Assembly: GCF_963921235.1 (NCBI RefSeq) | Contig: NC_086109.1 | Span: 8,434,001-8,498,000, forward strand | Length of the DNA: 64,000 bases | DNA from: Mobula hypostoma | Lineage: Eukaryota | Direction: 5' to 3' | In this document: piece by piece, positions 49,965-61,324 of the stretch | How positions within the stretch are numbered: position 1 is the first letter of the stretch | Layout of the letters: every line of letters starts with the position of its first letter | Notes under the pieces: model-generated | The model's database searches: none | The model's input: only the letters and a program-made list of their open reading frames with translations | What the model was told of the DNA's origin: nothing | Translations under genes and position numbers: made by a program

Positions 49965-50810
49965 GGAGCAGGATTAGGCCATTTGGCCCATCAAGTCTGC
50001 TCAGCCATTCCATCATGCCTGATTTATTATCCTTCTCAACCCTATTCTCCTGTTTTCTCCCTGTAACCTTTGATGTGCTTACTAATCATCATCTGTTTTA
50101 AATATACCTAATGTCTTGGCCTCCATAGCTGTCTGTGGCAATGAATTCCATAGATTCACCAGCCTCTGGCTAAATGAAGTTTTCCCCATCTCTGATCTGA
50201 AATGACCTCCTTGTATTCTGAGTCTGTGCCCTCTGGTCCTGGACTCTCAATCCATTAGAAGCATCCTTTCTATCTAGACCTTAATATGTTTCAATGAGAT
50301 CCCTCCTCATTCTTCTAAACTCCAGCGAGTACAGGCCCAAAGTTATTAAACACTCCTTATACATTAACCCTTTCACTCCTGTGATCATTCTTGTAAACGT
50401 CCTCTACTCTCTCCAATGCTGGCATATCCTTTCTGAGATATGGGGTAAATAACTGCCCACAGTACTCCAAGTGTGGTCTTACCAGTGCCTAATAAACTCT
50501 CTACATTACATTCTTGCTCTTATTTTCTTGTCCTCCTGAAATTAATGCTAAAATTGCATTTGCCTTCCTTGCTACTGGCTCAACCTGCAGGTTAACCTTT
50601 AAGGAATCCTGCTTTATGACTTCCAACTCCCTTTGCACCTCTGATTTTGGAATTTGCTCCCCGTTTAGAAAATAGTCTGCGCCTTTATTCCTTCTCCCAA
50701 AGTGCATGACCATTGACCTTTCAGTTCCATCTGTGATCCATCTGCCACTTCTTTGCCCGTTCTGCTAATCTGCCCAAGTCCTTTTGCAGACTCCCCACCT
50801 ACCTTTGTGT
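49965..50810 (-). mobile_element. CR1 LINE fragment
   Basis: ORF 50501-50713 (MHFGRRNKGADYFLNGEQI..) and a CR1 3' end. Confidence 0.85.
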
Positions 50811-51607
50811 CACCCACAACCAAAGCAGCACAAAGGGAAAACGGTAACAGAATGCAGAATAAAGTGTTACAGTTACAGAGGAAGTGCAGTGTAGGCAGAC
50901 AATAAGGTGCAAGGTCATGATGAGGTAGATTGTGAGATTAAGAATCGATCTTACCTTACTAGGGGACTAGTTTTCTAACAGTGAGAGAGAAGCCATCTTT
51001 GGGCCTGGTGGTACGTGCTTTCAGGATTTCGTATCTTCTGTCTGGGAGTGGGGAGAAAAGAGAATATCTGGGGTGGGAGAGGTGTTTGATTATGTCGGCT
51101 TTACTGAGGCGGTGAGAATTCTAGACGGTGTCCACACTTATCGCAATACAATTGGCGTGACCTGATTAAATGCTGAAGCATCCGAGTTGTCAGCTCTGCT
51201 TCTATATTGGATGGATGGTTAGGCTGGATTGACTCTCTCTGACAACAAAGCTGCAGAGAGTTGTAAACTCAGCCAGCTCCATCATGGGCCGAGCCTCCCC
51301 ACCACTGGGAATATCTTTGAAATGCAATGCCTCAAAACAATCCATCAGCAAGGCCCCTTGGCATCCAGGCCCTTCATCGCTACCATCAGGGAGGAGGTAC
51401 AGGAGCCTGAAGACGCACACTCAATGTTTTAGGAGCAGTTTCTTCCCCTCCACCATCAGATTTCTGAACAGACAATGAATCAATCCATGGACACCCCCTC
51501 ACTAGTTTGTTGCTCCCTTTATGTAATACATATAGCTGTTGTAATTTATAGATTTTTTATATAACACAATGTACTGCTGTGGCAAAACAACAAATTTTAT
51601 GACTTAT

Positions 51608-51888
51608 ACAGCTGACTCATATCGTTTCCTCACGGCCCGGTAACACATGCTTTGCGGCTCGGTACCGGCCCGCGGCCCGGTGGTTGGGGACCGCTGTCCC
51701 ATACGGCGTATGGGACGAAGCAACTTAGCCCCATATACGGGATGTCCCGGCAAATACAGGACAGTTGACGACCCTGTGTTCAAGTTCAACAGTGCGTAAC
51801 AGGGAATGAGGAAAGGTGCAGCTGACTCACATCGTTTCCTCACGGCCCGGTAACACACGCTCTGCGGCCCGGTGGTTGGGGACCGCTG
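51608..51888. mobile_element. hAT/Charlie-like terminal segment, locally duplicated
   Basis: CAGCTGACTCA..GCGGCCCGGTGGTTGGGGACCGCTG occurs twice (~51609-51696 and ~51819-51888); the end resembles a CAGnGGTCCCCAAC hAT TIR. Confidence 0.65.
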
Positions 51889-52397
51889 CAGTACAGGACA
51901 GAACATAGAACACATAGGCGGCATAGAACACAGTACAGAACATGGAACAGTACAGCACAGTACAGACCCTTCAGCTCATAATGTTGTGCTGACCTTTTAA
52001 TCTATTCTAAAATCAATCTGACTCTTCCCTCCCACATAGACCCCCATTTTTCTATCATCCATGCACCCACCTAAGGGCTTTTAAAAGCCCCTTTACCACG
52101 CACCCATCACTATCTGTGTAAAGAAAGAAAGTTTCGACTGAAGTTACTGGAAATAAAAATGAGGAGAGGTTTTAAATGTGCTGATAATTTGTTATCACTT
52201 CGTGCAAGCGATCGCACAATGTCACAATTACTCCCACTAAGACTAAAGGTTAATCTGACTCCAAGTTTCTTGTAAGTGCATGTACAGGGAATACACCAGG
52301 CCTGGCCCTGCCTGCAGCATCAGATGACTTTGATTGCTCATTCTCTCATATGGTGAAGATAGACAGCAGATACCAGAAGGACTAGAGGAGATGGACT

Positions 52398-52480
52398 GGG
52401 ACAGTCCCTCGCAGTGGGGACTTTCCTTAGGTCTGCACGGCCATCGGAGGTGCTGTTCACGCGTATGCCACTAGGGGGCA
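52398..52480 (+). promoter_or_regulatory. NF-kB site(s) next to an extended CTCF site
   Basis: GGGGACTTTCC at 52416-52426, GGGACAGTCCC at 52398-52408, TGCCACTAGGGGGCA at 52466-52480 with upstream TGCTGTTCA at 52451-52459. Confidence 0.55.
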
Positions 52481-53009
52481 AAACCTCCCTGTAAATCAAT
52501 GAGTGATTACAGAAACTCCCTGCAGATGATCAATAAAGCCCTTAGACAATTCTTTTTTTTTAATTTATTTTTTATTGAATTTCATCATCAAATATTTCCA
52601 TAAGATGTATTTCAGATACTGTGCATATATATCATATAATCATATTTCGATGTTGTCATTTAAAGTTAAATTGGATAGATATATGGACAGGAAAGGAATG
52701 GAGGGTTATGGGCTGAGTGCAGGTTGGTAGGACTAGGTGAGAGTAAGAGTTCAGCACGGACTAGAGGGGCAGAGATGGCCTGTTTCCATGCTGTAATTGT
52801 TATATGGTTATATTTGTCACAAATCTCCACATCATATTTATCTGAGGTATAAACTTATAGAAAGGAGAGGAAAGAAAGAACAATCGAAAGAAGAAAACTA
52901 CGTACAGAGTAGGGAGTGATTTTTTTTTTCATAAGGCAATTCTTGTCTCCTGGGAAGACTTTTGTCCCAAATGATTAATAATTGCGCAAACACAGATATT
53001 TGTAGAGAA

Positions 53010-53445
53010 GCATTTGATGGTTTTGGTCCTATACTCGCTGGAATTTAGAAGAATGGGGGTGGGGCCAGTGTTGGGAATCTTATTGAAAGGTATCCAATAT
53101 TGAAAGGCCTAGATAGAGTGGATGCGGAGAGGATGTTTCCTATTTTGGGAGAGTCTAGCACCAGAGGGCACAGCCTCAGAATAGAAGGATGTCCATTTAG
53201 AACAGAGATGAGGGAGAATTTCTTTAGCCAGAAAGTGGTGAATCTGTGGAATTCATTGCCACAGATGGCTGGGGAGACCAAGTCAATGGGTATATTTAAA
53301 GCGGAGATCTCTGGGTTCTTCATCAGTGAGGGCATTAAAGGTTATGGGGAGAAGGCAGGAGAATGGGGCTGTGAGGGTTAATAAATCAGCCATGATGGAA
53401 TGGTGGAACAGAGCGAATTCTGCTCCTATGTCTTATGGTCTTATG
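53010..53445 (+). mobile_element. CR1 3' fragment
   Basis: ORF 53100-53381 (KGLDRVDAERMFP..FFSQKVVNLWNSLP); TCTTATGG tail. Confidence 0.9.
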
Positions 53446-53532
53446 GTGTTCACGCCATCCTTGGTCTACAGTGAGTAAGGAGGCTTTTTGGCCCATCATT
53501 CTTATGCCGGATGAAGAATGTGACTTTGACTT

Positions 53533-54260
53533 CACAAACAGAAGGGTTTCTGCGGATGCTGGAAATCGAGAGCAACACACGCAAAATGCCAGAGGAACTC
53601 AGCAGGTCAGGCAGCACCTATAGACAGGAATAAACAGTCAAAGTTTCGGCTGGGACCCTTCATCGGGACTGGAAAGGAAGGGGGAAGAAGGCAGAATGAA
53701 AAGGACGGAAAGGAGGACAAGCTGGCAGGAAATAGGTGAAACGAGGTGATGGGGAAGGTTGGGTGGGTAGGGGGGATGGGGTGAAGTGATAAACTAGGAA
53801 GTGATAGGCAGATTAGGAGAAGAAAATGGGTAAGAGAGGAGCCAAGATGGCTTCTCCCTTCTCTCTGTTTCAGTTCCCCATTCTCTATCTCCTCTTACCC
53901 TTCTCTTCTCCACATCTGCCCATCACCTCCCTCTGGGTTCCCTCCTCCTTCCCTTTCTCCCTTAGTCTACTCTCCTCTCCTATTAGACTCCTTCTTCTTC
54001 AGTCCTTTACTCTTTCCACCTACCAGCTTCCAGCTTCTCACTCCATCTCCCACACCTACCCAACTTCCCCTCACCTGGCCTCACCTATCACCTGCCAGCC
54101 TGTGCTCCTTCCCCTCCCCTCCCATCTTCTTATTCTGGTTTTTCCCCCCTTCCTTCCTAGTCCTGAGGAAGGGTCTCAGCCTGAAACGTCGACTCTTTAT
54201 TCCTCTCCATAGATGCTACCTGACCTGCTGAGTTCCCCCAGCATTCTGTGTGTGTGTTAC
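53533..54260. mobile_element. Inverted pair of Penelope 3' termini, each with a hammerhead motif
   Basis: Left arm (minus, purine-rich) and right arm (plus, pyrimidine-rich) are reverse complements; motifs at ~53635-53671 (-) and 54159-54194 (+). Confidence 0.8.
54159..54194 (+). ncRNA. Minimal type I hammerhead ribozyme motif, best-preserved copy
   Basis: AGTC-CTGAGGA-AGGGTCTCAGCCT-GAAA-CG-TC-GACT: stem I AGUC/GACU, CUGANGA and GAAA boxes, GUC triplet (predicted cut after 54190), ACGU palindrome. Confidence 0.7.
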
Positions 54261-55619
54261 TCTACTAAAAAATTATACCTCCACATCCTTTGATTAGCGA
54301 TTGGTTGTCGTCGACTTATTAGTTCAACGAGCAGTGGAAAGATTTATTAAAATCTTTTAACCATACTGTGCAAATGAAGCGAGTAACATCACAAATTTGC
54401 AAAAAGGAGTTTCTTAATAAATGTCACAGCCTGGTCCCACTCAGTAACAAGCAAGCCCAACTTACATACGAGGCACACAATTACACAGAGACAAATATCT
54501 CCCTCATCTCATCAAACCAGTTCCGCGAGTCAAGTACAATTCACCGTAACTTGGAACCTATCCAGACGTTTAATCTCCAGAAGGAAAGTTCTATATAAAT
54601 CTACTCCTCCCCAGAATTAATGGAGCAATTTCATCAGCTCAAGGAGGTGGGTCACAGCCAGCTTGCTAGGCGTAAATCAGAATGTGTATTAAATGTTGGC
54701 CCACATCCTGTGAATGAATACGGAGAAAAGGTGAACCTGATTATGTTATATTTATATTGACAGTAAAATTAGAAGCTCTTGGTGGTAAAAAAAATTCTTT
54801 GGTCACAAGAAAATCCAACCAGACTTCCACCTGCTCACCAAAAAGTCAATGCATAGGAAGCATGGACTGTACTCAATGGCCACGTTATTGGGTAGCTCCT
54901 GAAACTAATAGCGTGGCCACTGAGTGAATGTTCATGGTCTTCTCATTCTGTAGCCTGTTCGCTTCAAGGTTCGAGGTGGTGTGCATTCAGAGATGCAATT
55001 CTGCAGGCCCCTGTTGTACTGCGTGAGTTACAATCACCTTCCTGTCAGCTTGCACCAATCTAGCCATTCTCCTCTGACCTCTCTCATTAACAAGGTCCTT
55101 TTGCTCACAAAACTGCTGCTCACTGGACCCTCTGTAAACATCCCAGGAGATCAGCAATTTCTGAGATACTCAAACCACCCTCTCTATCACTAACAATCAT
55201 TTCAGAGTCAAAGTCACTTCGACCGCATTTCTTCCCCATTCTGACGTTTGGTCTGAACAACAACTGAACCTCTTGACCGTGTCTGCATATTTTATGCGTT
55301 GAGTTGCTGCCACATGACTAGCTGATTAAATATTTGCATTAATGAGCAGGTGTACAGGTGTTCCTAAAAAAAGTGGCTGCCAAGTACATTTCATAGAATG
55401 AAACCAAACCTGCTAAAAAAAACTTTTAAAGAATCTACTAAAATAAGTTTTGGCAACCAAGTCCCTGGGGATTCTGTTCATTACGAGTGGGTAGTAGAAG
55501 GAAGAACTATGGGATGGTGGGGGCGTCGGTATCAATTTTATTTTGTGCAGAGTGTGACAGGAAACATCGGAGTGGCACTTAGATTCAGAGGATTCATTCA
55601 TGGGAGGAGAGAGCTGTCC

Positions 55620-56225
55620 GTGGGGAAGACAAATGTGAGGTGTTGCACTTTAGGAGGACAAACCAATGGCAGGGCACTAAGTAATGCGGTAGAAAAAAAA
55701 GGGGATCTGGGAATGCAGATTCATAATTCCGTGAAAGCGACGTCACCCAAAGTCGGGAAGGATTGTAAAGAGAGGTTTTGGCACATTGGTCTTAACATAT
55801 CAAAGTATCGAGGACAGGAGATGGCATGTTATGTTGAAATTGTAAGATACATTGATGAGGCCCAATTTGGAGTATTGTGTACAGTTGTGGTCACCCACCC
55901 TCAGGAAGGATATCAACATGATTGAAAGAGTCCAGAGAAAATTTACTAGGATGTTGCCTGGACTTGAGGACCTGAGGTTAGATAGGTTAAGCATTTGTTG
56001 CCTGGAGTGTAAGAAAATGAGGTGAGATTATATGAGAGGTAGTCAAAACATGAGGGGTATAGATAGGGTAAATGCAAGCTTTCCACTGAGTTTGTGTGAC
56101 GCGAGAACTAGAGGTCATAGGTTAAGGTTGAAAGGCGAAATGTTTAAGGAGGACCTGAGGGAGAACTTCTTCACTCAGAGGGTGTTCCAAATGTGGAAAG
56201 AGCTGTCAGCAGAAGTGGTGGATTG
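55620..56225 (+). mobile_element. CR1 fragment, decayed
   Basis: IERVQRKFTRMLPGLE..RTRGHRLRLKGEMFKEDLRENFFTQRV. Confidence 0.8.
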
Positions 56226-57299
56226 AGATGTTTCAGATTCAGATCACTAGGTACCCAGACCCAGGAGAAGAGGTAAGTCACCCAGGACTGAGAAGATCAA
56301 AGCATTCTTCACCCAGAAAATCCTCAAAATCTTCCACTCCAGGGGCTGCGGAAGTTGAGTCTGAGATTGATGGAGTTTTGGAAACAAAGGGAGTGAAGGA
56401 ATATGGAGAATAAGCAGGACATGGGAGAACCCTGATCTTGTTGGATAGTTTGATGGGTTAGTAGGCTAGCTTCTGCTTTAATGTTTTATCTTCTTCAAGT
56501 TGTAGAATGGAGTTACACCAAAGATTCTGCAGATGCTGGAAATCCAAAGCAACATGCACAAAATACTGGAAAAAGACCACCATAGGTGCTGCAAAAGATC
56601 AAGCAGCACCCATGGTGGGAAATAAACAGATAGGGTTGCAGGTCGAGCCCCTTCAGCAGGTCCTGTTGAAGGGTGTTGACCCAAAAAAACACCTCTTTAT
56701 TCCCCATTTATTCCCCTCCATTGATCCGCCTGACTTACCGAGTTCCTCTGACAGTTTTTGTGCTTCACTCTGAGAGTAATGGACTTCTTTGTACTAATTG
56801 CATTATTTTCTTGTAAAGATTGTGTTTAATTTATGTTTAATTCATATTTTTCCCTGTGAATGCTACCTGTAATGCTGCTGCAAGAAAGTTTTTCAATGCA
56901 CCTGTGCACACGTGGACTTGCTCAGGTGACAATACGCTCATCTTTGACATTGACTAAAGGAGAATAGAACCTAAATCTAGAATCTTATCGGAACAAAAAA
57001 ATATGTGCCTGACACATACTCAGCTTGTCCAGGGAGGCCCATGTCCCTCTGAACCTTTCCTATCCATGTAGCTGTTCAAATGTGGTAATTGTAGTCACCG
57101 ATACCACTTCCTCTGGCAGTTCGTTCCATGCACCACATGTGATAATGTTGTTGTCCCTCAGGTCCCTTTTGAATCTTTCCTCTCTCACCCCTGACTCAAA
57201 ATAACCTTGAGCATGGGGAGCCCCATGTGGTAGAAAGCTTGACTGTGTGAGGAGGAGGGGGAAGTTGAAACACAGAAGTGTTTTTCCTTCCTTCTATAT

Positions 57300-57692
57300 A
57301 CACTCATATTCCATCTAGGTAGCCATCAACCTGATGGCATGAATATCAATTTCTCCTTCTGGTTAAAAACAAAATTTCACTCCCCCTCCCACTCTTTGGC
57401 TATTTCCTACTCTGGTCTCTTACCTCATCTCACCTGCCTATTATCTCCTCCAGGTCACCTCCTCCTGTCCACTCTCCTCCCCTATCACTTTCCTTCCTCT
57501 CCAGCACACCCACCTGGCTTCACTAATCACTTTCCAGCTAGCCTCCCTCCCCCTCTCCCCCACCTTTTTATCCTGGCGCCTTCCCCCTTTCCTTTCCAGT
57601 CCTGATGAAGGTCCTTGGCCCGAAACGTCAACTGTTTATTCCTCTCCATAGATGCTGACTGACCTGCTGGATCCCTCCGGCGCTTTGTGCGT
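57300..57692 (+). mobile_element. Penelope-like element 3' end with hammerhead motif at 57597-57634
   Basis: LIFHLGSHQPDGMNINFSFW at ~57303-57362, then a pyrimidine-rich UTR, then CAGTC-CTGATGA-AGGTCCTTGGCCC-GAAACGTC-AACTG. Confidence 0.8.
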
Positions 57693-58179
57693 GAAAACAC
57701 TTTGATCTGTTCTGTCCTTTTCGATCTCAGTTGCGTCTCACACCATAGGTCTTGGCACTTCTCCCAGATTCCCAACAACAAAAAAAAAATAATTACTCCA
57801 ACCCTCTTCATTCAGATGTAGTGCTTCCTTGCAAGCGTTGCAGTTACGAAATACACGGTGGAATCCAATAATCCTTAAGTAATAACCGGAATAAAAGAAT
57901 CCCAATCCTAACATGTCCCTTCATGGGAGGGTTAATTTGTAATATATAACACACATGAACATTCTGAGTTCAAATTGAAATCTGTCCATAAAGTACACGA
58001 TGAACATGACAACCAATTACTCATTACCAGTCGATCATGAACAACTAGACACAGCATTCACCGTATACATTTCGGGACATGAGAAAAGGGAATTTGGAAG
58101 TTTCCTGGACATGAATAGTTCAGAATCAATATCAGATTTATTATCACTGCTTATATGAAGTGAAATTCATTTATTTTTG

Positions 58180-58443
58180 TATTTATTTATTTATTGAGAC
58201 ACAGCACAGAACAAGCCCTTTGAACCACGCCACCCAGCAACCCCCAATTTAACCCTAGCCTAATCATGGGACAACTTACAATCACCAATTAACCTACCAA
58301 CCAGTACGTCTTAGGACTGTGGAAGGAAACCAGAGCACCTGGAGGAAACCCACACGGTCACGGGGAGAACGTACAAACTTCTTACAAGCGGCGGTGGGAA
58401 TTGAACCCAGGTCACCGATACTGTAAAGCGTTGTGCTAATTTA
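58180..58443 (-). mobile_element. V-SINE (HE1-like)
   Basis: V-domain and B box on the reverse complement; similar partial copies at ~60150-60335 and ~63445-63660. Confidence 0.85.
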
Positions 58444-61324
58444 CATTAATTTTGCAATAATTTGGTATTTTTAAATCAATGTACAGTAATTTTATGACTG
58501 TAAAACTGCATGAAATGTGTAAATAGTGCAAACAAATTAATAGTGAAATAATGTTCATAGCTTCATTTATTTTTGTAACTTCTAATAATTTTATGTCTTT
58601 AAGGTAATTTATAGTAATATAGTAAGCAGACAAATCTCAGTGTTGTATAATTCATACATTCTTTGATAATAAACGTACTTTGAATTTTTGAATCTTTATA
58701 GTGATTTTATAGCTCAGGAAAACAGCAAAGACATAAAGTTACTATAAACTACAGAAATAAACTGTTAACAAAATTCTCTTCATAATAATAAATCTGGTAC
58801 TGAAGTTGGTCCTCTAGTAACCAGAAAGTTATTAAACTCCCAAAGGCTTCCATTTGGTTATTTATTTACTTACTTACAGTAATTTTATAATTATTTTATA
58901 CTTTTTACAGTCATTTATAGTAATTGTATGTCTCTGCAATACAGCATAGACATAAATTCTAGTAACTTACAAAACATTAATGAAAAATATCCCCTGCCCT
59001 ATCTCATTCCCTGAGTAAAGATCCAGCACCCCATTCTGTCTAGTTAGGACCTCTATCAATTGATTAAGGAAACTTTCCTGAACACATTTAACAAACTCTG
59101 TCCCAATATAGGAGTCAATATGTGGAAAGTTAAAATCACAACCTTATGTCTCTTGCAACAGCCTGTTTACCTCTCTACAAATTTGCTCCTCTAAATCCCG
59201 CTGACTATTGGGTGGTCAATAACATAATCCCATTAAAGTGGTCATTCAAAGATTCAAAGTACATTTATTATCAATGTATGTCTGCAGTATAAAGCCCTGA
59301 GATTCATCTTCCTCACAGACATCCACAAAACAAGGAAAGCCATGGAACCCGTTCAAAGTAAAACATCTTTCCATCTATGCACAAAAATTGTGCAGATGGC
59401 AACAAAAAAGAGTGGAAAACAGAGATTATAAAACACAAAATTGGAAGTGTCCAGGCGTATCCCATTCAGCTCAGTTTGTTTCTTATTCCTCAGTCCAAGT
59501 CAGGCCAAGTTTATTGTCATTTAACTATATACATGTATACTGCCAAACGAGACAATTGTTCTCTGGGGCAGGGTGTAAAGCACAGTAGTTCACATAACAC
59601 ACAAAAACTTCGGAAAGTAAAAATACAACCTGCAAATTAATTACACATAGATAAACAAAATGAAGTGCATAATCATTCCATCCGTAACACCTCACTAGAC
59701 GATGTCACCAGTCTGTCCTGACTGAGCCCTGCCGTGACATTTCCTCTGACTAGTAATGCCACCCTTCCCCCTTTATTCCCTGTCTAAAACAACAGAAGCC
59801 TGGAATATTGAGCTGCCAGTCCTGCAACTAAGTCTCACTTACGGCTACAATGCCATAATTCCACATGCTGATCCAAGCCCTAATCTCCTGCGCCTTCCCT
59901 ACAATACTCCTTGCATTGAAACCTACCCAACTCAGAACATTAATCCCGTCATGCTCGATCTTTGGTTTTCCTGTCTTCATATGTGTCCTTAACAACATCT
60001 TTCCCCACAGCCACTCTGCTCCGGTTCCCATCCTCCTGAAACTCTAGCTCAGATTCTGGGTTCAATGTCCCACCTGAAAGAGCACACCCTTCTCAGCACA
60101 GCTCATCCTCCAAGGGTCTAATCTGTACTGGTAAGCCTTTCTGAAACTTATTTAGAGTTAGAGCAACATATCAGCCTCACCGGCCCAATGGCCTCACACT
60201 GCCCAATGACTCATAAGCGAGCAATTAACCTACTAACCCACACGTCTTTGGACTGTGGGAGGAAACCCCATGCGGTCACGGGGAGAACAAACAAACTCCT
60301 TACAGACAGCACTGGGAATTGAACCTGGGTCACCTGAGAAATAGGAAGAGGGGAACTGAACTGCGGACGGATATGGTGAGAGGGAACTTGTGCACTTGCT
60401 TTTGATGCAAATTTCTTTGAATGTTCTGTGTGGGCTTAAAAATCTTTAAATAGAATGTGAATAATACGAGGGATTTTTTTTTGTTTGTTCGTTTACGGGA
60501 TGTCAGTGAATCGGACAAAGGTAGCGCTTTTTGACTATCTCTTCTGAAGGTGGTGATGAGCCACGTTCTTCATCTGCTTCAAGTCCTTCAATTTTGTCGG
60601 GAAGAGTTCCAGAACTTCAGCTACAATAAAGGTGCAATACAAATTAAAAAATATAAATCACAGTATGTATATATCCTACACATTCTCCAAGAGACCACAA
60701 CTTATATATAATTTAATTAATAGTGCAATAAAGGGGGAAAAAGGTAAGTAGTATACCTGGGTTCGTTGTCCATTCAGGAATCTAGGTAGTATGCGTGGGT
60801 TCGTTGTCCATTAGGAGGAGAAGAAACTGTTCTTTATTTCTGTAAGTCCAAAACTATTACACCAAAGGAGTCTGATTAGCTTTCCTTCAATTACAATGTC
60901 ATCAAAGGAATGAAGGAATCTCTCCCTTGCAATTAAAATATTTTGGTTGAAATAATACCCAAGCTTCAACTAATGTTCCAACCTGTCTCTTAGAAATTGG
61001 CTTTAACATCAAGCACTATGGTGCATTAATTGCCACGGTACTCTATTGTCTTTGGAGCAATTTTTGTGGGAGTTTAGAATAAAAATGTTGGAACGATGAC
61101 TCATTCTCTCTATAATCTGTTTTCCTCTATTCTGTGGCATTCTTAAACACTCCTATTACCAGGAAGTTTACACACAGCCCAGAGAAAAAGGATGCATAAT
61201 CTTTTCATCTCATGAAGTGACAAATTCATGGTTCATCTCTGAAGACTGAGCAGCCAAATAATGTAGATTATATCCCTGAGTAGGTTGGAACTTTATCCAT
61301 CATTAAGGACTCCCATCACCCAAG

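Noticed and set aside
54460..54595. Minus-strand coding exon bounded by TAG and GTATGT/GTAAGT
   Set aside because: All three frames contain stops and the acceptor is weak; at most non-coding.
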